From Macrostomum lignano (taxonomy: Eukaryota): a stretch of 64,000 nt of DNA. The stretch covers positions 310,001-374,000 of the forward strand of contig NIVC01000507.1 of assembly GCA_002269645.1 (NCBI GenBank), given 5' to 3'. The notes beneath the pieces are model-generated. The model did no database searches and was not told the origin of the DNA. It saw nothing but the letters and a program-made list of their open reading frames with translations. Shown in pieces: positions 53,391-64,000 of the stretch (position 1 is its first letter; each line of letters starts with the position of its first letter). The position numbers and the translations under genes are program-made.

Positions 53391-56300
53391 ATGCTGTTCT
53401 CAACTCTCGCTCTGCTCCTTCTAGCTGCTGTCTCAAGTGTCGTTGGAGGTAAGACTCTGTATTCTTAATGAGTATGGATTTGATTTTATGTATTTTCGTA
53501 AAAAATATGCCTTAAAATTATGACTAGCGATTTAAGCCCCCCCCCACCGTTGGGGTGGCAACGGAGAAATTGAAATTAAGCATCAAAGTCTCCCTTCCAG
53601 CCATATGGCTTAACTCAAACTCTCCCTTTGATCTACCTTTGGGTTGGTTGGCCAATCAACAACATCCAATGGACCTAAGCATCTCAGCAACCAACCCCCC
53701 ATGAGCCACAGCATTTCAGCAATGCCCCCATGAGCTTTGACACCTCAGCAATTTTCGATCCCTGAGTATTAACTCTCCTTCATCACTCTGCAAACAATAG
53801 CACGACAGTTCCCATCTCAATGTCAGGGACAAACCATATCTATTCATTCCCTACACATATATAGACCGCCACATTAAATCGGTACATGCATTTGTAAAGC
53901 AGGTTTTCATACCTACTTCAATAAGATGCATCTTAATTTCGTCTTTATAATTCAGACCAAGTGACATTTTGATCACTCGCTGATTGACTTGTCCTGTAGT
54001 TGTGTCTGTTGTGCCCCTGTGCGGCTACCTTGATCTCTCTCGTGCTGACCCCATTTTAATCTTTCTCACACTCCGGGAGCGCCTCACTCTCACAATGTTT
54101 CCCGCCTTTCTGCATTTACAGTGCCAGTGCTGTCTTTCCATTAGTGCCAGGTGAGTGAATGGCTGTTTTTACGAAACATGTTTGCTTCATCAGCTGTCAA
54201 AAATACACCGAGTCGCACTTCTGCCGTTCTTCCCAGTGAAAAATGATTCATGGATTCCACGTGGGTTCCACGTGGCCATGTGGAATTTAAATGTTTCTTT
54301 AATTTTTGCAAATTAATGACTTAAAGATGACATAATGGTATGCAAAGTATTTTTTATGCATTATTTTTTAATTTTTACTGTCCTAATGTTGATGTGGATT
54401 TTACAAGGAATTCATGAGAAATAAGCGTATATTGATTCAACATGGAATCCACTTCGATAAAAAACTGTGATACACCACATTTAGACATTTTTATGAAATT
54501 ACTATAATTAATTATTATATTTATATGCTTTTAAGTAAAAATTAATATCTTAAAGCTAAATTATAATCAGAAAATAAGACACTGTTTGTTAAAATAGACA
54601 AAATAGAAGTGAACAATAAAAAAGGTTTCGTGCTTTTTAAAATGAAATTTATTTTATTTTATATTCGTCAATGTCTTGGTTCAAGGCCTTGAAAGATAAA
54701 TTGCCTTGTGTATGGCTATTTAAGCACCTTAAAAATTTTAGTAGACGTAGCCTATAGGCAATAACTTATAAGGCCATGGCCTCCATAGGATTAGAAATTA
54801 GATAAACCAGTATTTCATCATAGATAGGCCTAATACTTTTGGTAAAATCCATCCATGATAAATTTATTTAGGCTTATCCAATTTCTAGGAATCCCATGGC
54901 CATGTCCATAGATTGGCTACTCATTGTTTAAACTTAAATAGGCCTTTAGAAGTTCATAATTTCCTCTTAGTCCTACCTATTATTCCTATCTATTTATATG
55001 TATGCTTATTAGGCCTATTTTAAGCTAGGCCTATAACTATCAATTTAGGTCCTTCTATTTTAATTAAGGTTAAGACTAGCTTGACTTTGTGAATTGTGAC
55101 TAGTCAATCTAGTTAATCTGTTAAAAATCTATTCATTTATGATTTTCTTCAAAAAAGCCTGTTAGCATCTTTTGGACTTGTTGCATTTTTAAAAACAATA
55201 TTATTAATCATTATAAATAATTCTTTGCAATTACATTTGCAACCTGTTTTTGGCATAGCTAGCCTAGCAGATCCCTAAGGTTGCTATTATAAATAAATAA
55301 TGATTATTGTGAATTTGATCTGATTTAGGCCAAGTCTAGAATTTAATAGCCATAGGCCTAGGGCATAGCACTTTTAAGATTAGGCCTAATGTTTAATCAT
55401 ATTATTTTTTTATTAGAGGCAAGGGGTTGTGTGCACCCTGGCACACTTTAAGCAACATAGGCATACAACTAGCGAGAGGCATTGCTGCCCATTCCACTAA
55501 CTCCCTTGAGCAGGCACATTAAGTGTGCGGATACGTATATATAGGCACACTTACATAGGAGTGTACAATGGCCCTAACTTTATTTATTGTTAGGCATGTA
55601 TACTTCACTGTGCCTTAGGGGTTGGCTCTCAAGGCCGTTAATTGCACAAGCAGAGAGCCAAGCCAAGATTCCAATTCAGCCCCAAATTAATGTGACTGCA
55701 CTTGGAATCGAGCCTAGGTTGCTGGCATACCAGAGCAGCTGTGCTATTGCTTGGCTATAGCCCCCTATTAATCATAATAGGCCAGCATATATAAAAAAAA
55801 CATGCATTGCTTTGCCTAAATACTTTATAGTCTGAAATCAATTTTAAAATAAAAAATTAAATTTATAGAAACATAATTTTTTGTACTTATTATTTTAATT
55901 TTATTAATTTAATTTTATTGATTGACTTAGTTAGGGTTTTCTTTTTTGCTAGAGACAATGTGCAAAATCATACCCTATGTTCACTTTTAGGGTTTTATGA
56001 TTTTAAGGCTTAGAATGCAGTTTCTCTTTTTTCTTATATAAATGCAGTCATACATGCGCAACCTCCAAAATTCGGTCGGCCATGCGACTTAGTTTTAACA
56101 AAAATGCGACGTAGTTTTTGGCCAAAAATGCGACTTACATGTAAAAAAACCCTAACGCAAAATTAACGCAACTTTGGGTAAACGGCAGGAGTAACTATGA
56201 CTTTCTTATTAAGTCAAAATGCCTCGTCAGCTACTTAGTACTACTACTTTGCGGTTTTTTTCGGGTGGGCATTTTTGCGACTTCCTTGGTTGGCCGCCAA

Positions 56301-57733
56301 ATCGGTCGGCCGGATCGGCCGACTCGGCCGACTGTTGCGCATGTATGAATGCAGTGCAAAAAAGGCTTCAACAGAAAAATAGGTAATGAGATCACACCTA
56401 AACTGTATCATCAACTTTTTAATTTCAATTTTCAAGGTGCAATTTTTAAATTTAGGGTGCATATGCACACTTTGCGCTTAAAAAATAAACCTACTAGGAC
56501 TTAGGCCTAGTTAATTTTAAAATAAACTTTTTTTATAAGTTTTATGAATTATATCAATATTATTTATCAATCTTAATTGGCAACAATTATTTTTCTATTT
56601 TATTTCAGCCTAACATATGGCCCATCCTCAAACTTGGATGTCACCTTGGTCTTGCATTTGAAGAAGCTTGCAAAGCTACTTGGAATTTGAATTTAATATC
56701 TCGAATGCTACCTTTTGTGAAGCAATGGTAAGTTTTAGTTATAAACTGATTTTTTTCTGTCATCAAAATCTATCAAAATCTGTCATCAATCTGTTATAAA
56801 ATTCTGTAATTTAACCCCTTTCTTTTCTAAGGTTGCTCACCTGACCTGAAGAAGCAGCATTCTGGCAATTGGCAGCAGCATGTTTCTGACTGTTCTAATT
56901 TTGATGCATTATATTATTGTTAATTAATTAATGCTATTGACAATCTCAATTTCAAATTATATATTATATCATATGCGCAGTGCAACTCTAAAGATATCAA
57001 TATTTACATCAGTGTGTTTATTCTTTGTGTGCCAATGACTCACTACTGTACATAAATACACCTTACATCGTTTTTAAATATTGAATTTTGAATTTTTGTG
57101 CAGAAATATTTTTGGCTATAGCTAGTGTTTTATCTGTGTTTCAGTTTCTTTTATATGGTATTGAGATCTGGGGTTCGTATGAAATTTTGAGATCTGGTAT
57201 TATTTTGAGATTTAGGATGCAACAATTTATTATGGCAACCAGTATAATGGCTGCTTACTCAATGACAATGTGGATTCTATGTGAAATACATAATTACTTC
57301 CATATGGATCTTCCATGTGGAATCCATATCTTGATTCCACATGGATGGACGGAGACAAATGCACATATGGATTTCATATGAAAAATCCACATGGAATCCA
57401 TATCATTTTTTTCACTGGGTTTCAGCGCCTTCAAAAGGATGCTATTTTTGGAAAAGTTATGAGCGCTTGTTGAGCCATGAATTGACGTACAATTTCAAAA
57501 TGATGAACCAGGAAACGTGTGCCAGAGCGTGCATGGATTGGCGATACAAATATTTTGGTCTAGCAAACGGCGACCGATGCTACTGTGGCAATGAAATAAG
57601 TAAAGCTTTAAAATTCGACAAAAAACTTTGCAATAAGCAATGCAAGAATGCCGATTGGGGGCAAAAGTGCGGCGGCCTCATTGCAATGGAAATATTTGAT
57701 TTGATTGTTAAGGTGCCGGAAACCCAGGCCTGA
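53391..57733 (+). CDS. Secreted single-WSC-domain protein (about 121 aa); exons 53391-53448 and 57426-57733
   Basis: Signal peptide MLFSTLALLLLAAVSSVVG with phase-1 donor GTAAGA; phase-1 acceptor TTTCAG gives A-P-S-K-G-C-Y...CARAC..YKYFGLANGDRCYCGN...C...C...KCGG..MEIF (WSC cysteine pattern). Confidence 0.85.
54232..57419. mobile_element. 3188-bp non-autonomous DNA transposon with CCCAGTG termini (EnSpm-like), 2-bp TSD TT
   Basis: CCCAGTGAAAAATGAT / ATCATTTTTTTCACTGGG; subterminal CCAC(A/G)TGG and GGAATCCA repeats at both ends; no transposase ORF seen. Confidence 0.85.
56049..56347. mobile_element. 299-bp hAT-type MITE nested in the above, 8-bp TSD
   Basis: 14-bp TIR CATACATGCGCAAC / GTTGCGCATGTATG; AATGCAGT at 56041-56048 and 56348-56355. 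Confidence 0.88.
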
Positions 57734-58084
57734 TCTGATCTGCACTGAACCGTATAGCAACTGACTATTCATACATGCATAGGACTTGACCCAAAATGCT
57801 AATCCCATATCTAACAGCAAAATACAAAAGTTCAACCGTTATAAATAGTACTCAGTGAAATCATTTGAGATATGCATAAAAATTGCTGTATGTGTGCCAG
57901 GATAAACCTTGAAATTTCAAAAAATTTTCCACCACGAGCAATAGTATTTCAGCAATTCATCTGAGTCTTGACATCTCAGAAATTCTACATGACTCTTGGT
58001 TTTAGCAATTCCCCCGTGAGCCTTTAAATATTCGCAATTTCCCCAAGAGTTTTTGTAGTTGACAGGGCGATTCCTCTATGGATG

Positions 58085-58132
58085 AACCCTAACCATAACC
58101 CTAACCCTAACGCTACAACCTAACCCTTACCC
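58085..58132. repeat. Short degenerate (CCCTAA)n telomere-like tract
   Basis: AACCCTAACCATAACCCTAACCCTAACGCTACAACCTAACCCTTACC. Confidence 0.6.
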
Positions 58133-58699
58133 TGATGAGAGTCACAAAATTTCAGCAATTCCCCAATGAGCCTTGACATCCTCTCTGGATCCTGGCTCCA
58201 GTGCTGGCTCCTCCCTCAGCAGGACCTTTGGATCCAGGGATCCAAAGCTGGAGGCGCTGTCCAAACCAATCAGCCGAAGCGCACCTACGCGGTTATGGCC
58301 AAGAGGCAGCCGGCCCTGATCATGGCGCAGGTTTGACTGCCACCTGGTCAAGATGGCCCTGAGCGGTACAGTGCTTCAACACCTGAAGACGAACGTCGTC
58401 TAGGACCAGGCCGTCCACATACAGCCCGCCGACAGCCAGCAGTCTGGGCAGCAGCTCCTCCAGATGCTGAAGCCTTCGACTGGGGTGCGGAGTTGGGTAA
58501 CCGGTTTATCTACAGGGAGGACAAGCGACCCAGGACACACCGGCCCCGAGCCTGGATTCCGGCTCACAGCGCCATCACCAACGAGCTGCGCCGCCAAGCA
58601 ATTCAGACCTGCCCGTAAATGGCGTCGTGGCTCACGAGACCATCTCCAAGCCGGGCGGAGACGGCCTCACGGCCATCCTCTGACTGTCGGATAGCTGGA

Positions 58700-59090
58700 T
58701 GCTCCGCTATCCGGACATGTCCCAATTATCTCTGCCCATCCTCCGTCCACCGCACCCTGAGAAGCGTAAGCGAGAAAGCGTGACAGCTCGTGACAAGCAT
58801 CCGGCGCTTGGATCCCTCCATCGCAAGGCAAAGTGTCTCCAACGGAAAGCTCGCAAGAGCAAGGACCTGACTGACCTGGTCGCCTATCAAGACGTGATTT
58901 GCGACTTTTAAAGCGACTATGAGGAAAAGCAAGTCTGAAAGGTGGCGCCAATACTGCCCGGAGTTACATGTATGAGAAGGCACCCGCACTACTTCACGCG
59001 TGGTCAAGGCAAAATGTCAAAGCCCTTATTCATTAAAAGACAGGAGGGCCAGCTGGCTGACAACCCCGAGGAATCGCTGGACATCATGCC
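58700..59090 (+). mobile_element. Degenerate non-LTR retrotransposon ORF2 fragment (endonuclease-RT linker)
   Basis: Across frameshifts: LHRKAKCLQRKARKS..AYQ..KATMRKSKSERWRQYCPEL..RTTSRVVK, the typical K..W..YC linker; interrupted by stops. Confidence 0.5.
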
Positions 59091-59526
59091 CACCAGCTCA
59101 TGTCCACGTGCCGCACCGCAGCAAAGCCCATGTGGGATCACTCTCAGGGTGGACAGATCCTGGCTTCGACTATCATCACTAACAGTTAGAATATTGCATT
59201 TTTGTAAAATAATCAAATGAGATAAATTAGGCGGATTAAGTTGAGGAGCACAAGGCTAATCGGGATTTCTTTCCTCTATGGGACAGAAAAGGATCTGGGA
59301 CGAAGTATTGAAAATTAAAAAGTTACTACTCTACCCGCCAGTGAGCAATTTCTTTTGGACAATTCTGAAATAAAAGATACGAGAAAACTGATCGGGTTAG
59401 CTTTAATCCGTCCAACACCGCTCCCCCACTTCATTCCTCAACTCAAGTCTGTCGCGGCGTAGCTGAGTTGCGTCACTCGCAATGATTGAGAGACTATTCT
59501 TTGAAACCATTTCTTTGTTTTTTATA

Positions 59527-60457
59527 TGTAAGGGCTGTCCCAAAAGTAGTGTTACTTTTCACTATATCTCTCGTTCTGCTGATTCAAATAACATCATTTT
59601 GCACATATTTATAGCGGCAACTCTCTTCTTTTTATGTATAAGATATTCCATGGGTTTGAGGTCGGTATGTGATTAAATCCCGATTTAATACCGATTAAAT
59701 CCCGACCGAAAAACACATAGAATATCTTATTTAAACTACTTTAATCTTTCAGGATGTATTCAGATAAATCCCGGAGCCATACTTGTATGTCTATGGTGGG
59801 GGCGAAGCCCCTGCTGGGGGTGTGGGGACGAAGCATTAAGAAATTTCTCGAGTCACGAAGGAAGAGAAGAGAGAAGCTCGTTTATTTAGATACATACAAT
59901 AATCCTTGCAATATGTCCGGGAAAGTGATCGATTAAATCCCGCAAAATAACATCTATGTCAATAAACCTCCCTGAAAGTGAGCTTTAAAGTGGTTTAAAA
60001 AGCAATAAAGCTGAAGCCCCTGTTTGAAATATTCTGTTGCTTTAAAAGCTATATGCTTCTCCAAGTTTCTCCATAGATATGTATACATGTATACCGATAA
60101 ATTACCATAGAAGTTGTTGTTCCTCGGGAAAAGGATGAGACTGCGAAAGAGGCGAGAAATGCACTTTCTGTAGGTTAACTCTTTGTCACATGCAGCAGAT
60201 TAACAAAGAAGTCTGAGTTCATTCAATCAAAAGTACTTTCGCTACTTTCCGCTAGCTTGTCGATTTACTGTAAGTCTATGGTCGAGGTCCTGCTACATTT
60301 TAGTTCATAACTTTTGTTTCCATTGTCTGTTTTTAATGATGTTAAAGTTAATATGAAGAAGAGGGTTGCCGCTATAAATCTGTGCAAAATGATGTTATTT
60401 GGATCAGCAGAACGAGAGATATGGTGAAAAGTAACACTACTTTTGGGACACCCCTCG
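59527..60457. mobile_element. About 930-bp non-autonomous DNA element with about 100-bp TIRs (Tc1/mariner-like TA ends)
   Basis: AGGGCTGTCCCAAAAGTAGTGTTACTTTTCAC..GCGGCAAC (59531-59625) is the near-perfect reverse complement of 60360-60455; TA at both outer boundaries. Confidence 0.85.
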
Positions 60458-60769
60458 TACTAGCAACTAGCTTTCAGTTGTAATCTCCTCACCACTATAG
60501 CGTGTGGGATTGATTTTGTCTATAGTTAAACCTATAGTCTACTTGTAAATGGATTAAAATAGAATCAATTATATGAATGTTTACAATACTCGAAGATCGC
60601 TTCTGTTGGTCTATGGTTGTTGACTTTGCATGTCTAGCTTAATACAATAAAAATATCACTTATATAATCTGTGATCTCTAAGTAAAAAAATCAATTAAGT
60701 GTGGCTTATACGAAAGCTGTGAGAAAAACAACAGAACCAGTGTCTTTAATTTGTTTTAATAACCGCGGT

Positions 60770-60848
60770 ATGGCCGCGCATCGAGGTCTACAGGCCAGTT
60801 GTATTCTTCTAGTAATATTTGCAACGCTCTCAGAAGCCTGCTATAGAG
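60770..60848 (+). CDS. Probable first exon (signal peptide) of a secreted-protein gene continuing beyond the window
   Basis: MAAHRGLQASCILLVIFATLSEA-CYR followed by AG|GTAGGT donor (phase 1). Confidence 0.6.
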
Positions 60849-60854
60849 GTAGGT

Positions 60855-63800
60855 TGTTGTTGTTGTTGTTGCTGATGTCTAGCAGTTTTCCGGTGGTTTC
60901 CTCTTCCACCACTCCCACACCTTCAGCGCTTCCTCCGCATTCGTGTGGACCTCGCTCAGGATCCCGCTCCTCCATCCCCTCCAGCAGCTGTCCAGGACCG
61001 GGCAGGCCACCACGTGCTCGATGGTCTCCTCTTCCATACCACAATGCCTGCACTTCCCTTCCTGCTGCAGCCCGATCCTCTTCCTAAACGCCGCCAACTC
61101 CAGGGAGTGACCCGTGCGCCACCGTCTAAAGCTGACTTCCATTTTCCTGCTCGCGAATTCCGGCTCTTTCCTTGGCCCCTCCGATCCGCCGTACGTCTCT
61201 CTCATCCTCTCGTGCCTCCACACCTTCCTTCTACACCGTCTCCTCGCCAACCTCGCCATCGTGCTTGCCATGACTCCAATTCCTTCGCTGCTCACCTCCC
61301 GGACCGCCCGGTTAGCCCATTCGTCCGCCACTTCATTACCAACAATCCCACAGTGGCTCGGTATCCACAGCAACACCATCTCACGTCCTTCCATCTCGCT
61401 CAGCGCTTTCCTTATGCTGCAGACAATCGGGTTCCTACTGGCCCTCTTAATGGCCTGAATCCCGCTCTTGCTGTCTGTCGCAACCACAGCTTTTTGCCAG
61501 TTGTTGTTTGCCTCCAGCCACTCGATAGCCGAACGCGTACAGCTCCGCCTGCATCGAGGACGCAAGCTGTCCGCCGGCCACCATACGCTTCTCGATCACC
61601 TCGCCGCTATCATGCCTCAACACCACCACGCTTCCGCCTCCTTTGCCTTCCTTGTCAACCGAACCATCCGTGAAGATTAGTATGTCCGCTTCGTCGCCAG
61701 CCGCTCTTAACCTTCTCTCTCCCATCTTCCTGCATTCCTCCTCCGTGTCTGGCCTTCCTCCCCCGTCATCGAACGTCACGTGCCGCAGCTTGATCCACGG
61801 TGGTTCCCTTTCCGCCTCCGACAGCCTCGGCAGGTCGACCTCCCATTCTAGCATGTACCTGCGCGCCCAGGTCCTCCAGCTTTCCCTTCTGAGCCTGCAG
61901 GCCGGTCCTTCAGACGCAAGCTTCCATCTAATCGAACCCACCTTCGCTCTCAGCAGGCTGTCCATCTTCCTCACCACCCGCCATCTGGCCAGCGCCTCCA
62001 GCTCCTCCGTGCCCGACTCTTCTCTGACTCCGTCGATGGGGGTCGTGGCGAGCAGCCCACCTATAATTCTGGTTGCCCTCCGCTGCGTCACCTCTAGCTT
62101 GCGCCAGCACGCTCTGCTGATCCATGGCATCCAGGCCGTGGCCCCATACATGATTTTACTCTCGATGAGGGCCACGTACGTCTGCCTGAGGAGCCCGCTT
62201 CTCCATCCCCAGTCGCTACCGGCCAGTCGTCTCATCATCTGGATTCTGCTTTTACAAGCTTGAGCCACCTCTTGCACGTGCTTAGCAAAGTTCAGCCTCC
62301 TGTCGTAGGTCACTCCTAGGAACCTGGGGTGAGGTACCCACTCCATATCTTCTCCGTTGATTCTTATGTTGATCCGCTTCGGCTCCTTGCACTTGCTACT
62401 CAACCCGAACAAGGTGAGCGTGCACTTCTTGGCCGCTATCGGCAATCTCCATTGCGTACTCCACTCCTGCACCACCTCGACCGCCTGCTTGATGCTGCTG
62501 GCCGCTACCTCCTCGTCTTTGCTACACGACCAGCACGCTAGGTCATCCGCGAATCCGCTCACCTCCATGTTCGGCATTCCCTCAATCCTCCGCAGCAGAT
62601 CGTTAATAAAGATGATAAACAGGATCGGCGACAGCACCGATCCCTGCGGCAGTCCCTGCCTCATAACCACGCCAGCGCTGTCTCTATCTTGGTACCTCAC
62701 TCTGGCCATTCGGTTCACTAGCCAACTTCTAACCCACTTCACCAACTTCCTGCTCAGTCAAAGTTCCAGCATCTTCCAAAGCAGCCCATGCCTCCAGACT
62801 TTATCAAAGGCCCTCTCGAAGTCAAAGAGGGCCAGCACTCCTTTCTCCCCCTTCTGGAAAGCGTCTTCCATCGCTTGCGTCAGCCTCAGTAGCTGGTCCT
62901 CGGTGGATCTGCCAGCTCTGAAACCGGCTTGGCTGTCGCTTAGCAGTGCCTTGTCTTCCAGATGGTATTGTATTCTCTTCGACAGGATTCTCTCCATCCA
63001 CTTCCCGAGGCAAGATGTCAGGCTGACCGGTCTGTACGACCCGACCAGCGCAGCGTCTTTGCCGGGCTTGAGCAGCGGTATAATCCTAGCCCGCCTCCAG
63101 TTCTGTGGGACCTGCGCTTCGTCGTACGACTGGTTGAACAACACCTGGATCGCCTCAATCATACATCCTGGTAGCGCCCTCAGCAGCTTGGGGTGGATAT
63201 TATCTTCCCCAGCCGCCTTGGATCCATCCAGCTCCTCCAACGCGTTGTAGACCTCTTCTACTGAAATCTCTTGCGCGTCTCTTCCATCCGGACCAGCCTC
63301 CGCCAGCCGCCTCGTCACCGCCCTTCTGGCCCATCTGAATCCCACCGGCGTTTTGATGTTGCTGACTCTCTTGTACTCCCTCGCGAACGCTCCAGCTTTG
63401 GCCGTACTGCTCTTATACTCCTTGCCCTCATGTAGCAGCACCCGGCTGTCCTCATTACTCTTCCTGCCCTTCAGCCTGTTTAGAACAGTCCACATCTTAG
63501 CAGCCGTGCCGTTCTTCTCCAGCAGGTGGTTCCATTCTTCTCTCTTTTTCTTGCTGATCAACTCTCTCACCTCCTCATCCCGCCTCTGCCTCTCCTCATC
63601 ATCCGCGCCTTCCCAGGCCTCGTCCCTTTCTTTCAACATTTGCACTACCTCTTCGTCCATCAGGTTCCGGTTTCTGGAGGCTATCGTCTTCGTTCCCACC
63701 GTCTGCCTCGCTGCCCTCGTGATTATGCTCCTCATCGCTTCCTCGACACTCCTGGTACTGCTGCAATCCACAGCCTCCTTCTCACAGCTCTCCTCGATTC

Positions 63801-63887
63801 GCTGCTTGTAACCTTGCCAGTCGGCCTTTTTCCAATTCCACCGCACCAGCTTCTTCACACGGCACTCCTGCTCTAATCTTCCGCTCG
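60855..63887 (-). mobile_element. 5'-truncated I-group-like LINE (RT + RNase H + CCHC), (CAA)n tail, 13-bp TSD
   Basis: RT motifs YRPVSLTSC, QAGFR.GRS, DFERAFDKV, LPQGSVLSP, FADD; RNase H IFTDGS..AEL..TDSKS..WIPSHCGIVGNEVAD; C-terminal CRHC..ETIEHV..C; TATAGAGGTAGGT at 60842-60854 and 63888-63900; one in-frame TGA (62758) and one frameshift (about 61535). Confidence 0.95.
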
Positions 63888-64000
63888 TATAGAGGTAGGT
63901 GAATTACGTCAACAATAATGATGCTTTTATTACAGTGTAAATCCATTTCATGTATAAGACATCGGTTTTAGTGTATACTTTTGGTACTCTTTCAACTTTT

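Noticed and set aside
57088-57425. N-terminal extension of the WSC ORF given by the track (57341 start) and ORF 57088-57381
   Set aside because: These codons lie in the transposon's subterminal repeats; the true exon starts at the acceptor at 57426.
60855-63887. Autonomous LINE
   Set aside because: ORF1 and endonuclease are missing (5' truncation), plus one nonsense codon and one frameshift.

Overview
Eukaryotic (animal) genomic DNA, very rich in micro/minisatellites and transposons. The overall style (GATA/CAGA/CTAA arrays, GC-rich exons in AT-rich introns, a CORE-type SINE, WSC and multi-saposin genes) suggests an invertebrate, possibly a free-living flatworm such as Macrostomum; this is an inference I cannot verify. 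Most long ORFs in the supplied track are repeat or antisense artefacts, so real genes were reconstructed by hand from GT-AG junctions and reading phase. Genes: class A neuropeptide-type GPCR (-), prosaposin-like gene with 1 SapA and 10 SapB domains (+), a co-oriented four-gene cluster UTP23, C1D, 2OG-Fe(II) oxygenase, NAT8-like GNAT (-), a secreted single-WSC protein (+), and exon 1 of another secreted protein (+). Mobile DNA: an intact-looking 9.46-kb EnSpm/CACTA-like transposon (transposase plus divergent DUF4806-like ORF) inserted in a (CTAA)n tract, a 3.19-kb non-coding element with the same CCCAGTG termini, several MITEs with target-site duplications (TSDs), a solo LTR, two SINEs and a 5'-truncated RNase H-bearing LINE. 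Most interesting: (1) an intronless chimeric ORF, SAM methyltransferase + polyQ repeat + Gypsy-integrase-like C-terminus, tandemly duplicated between CTAA tracts; (2) a candidate trans-spliced operon in which every intron carries a different minisatellite; (3) two transposons inserted right at splice sites of secreted-protein genes without obviously destroying them.
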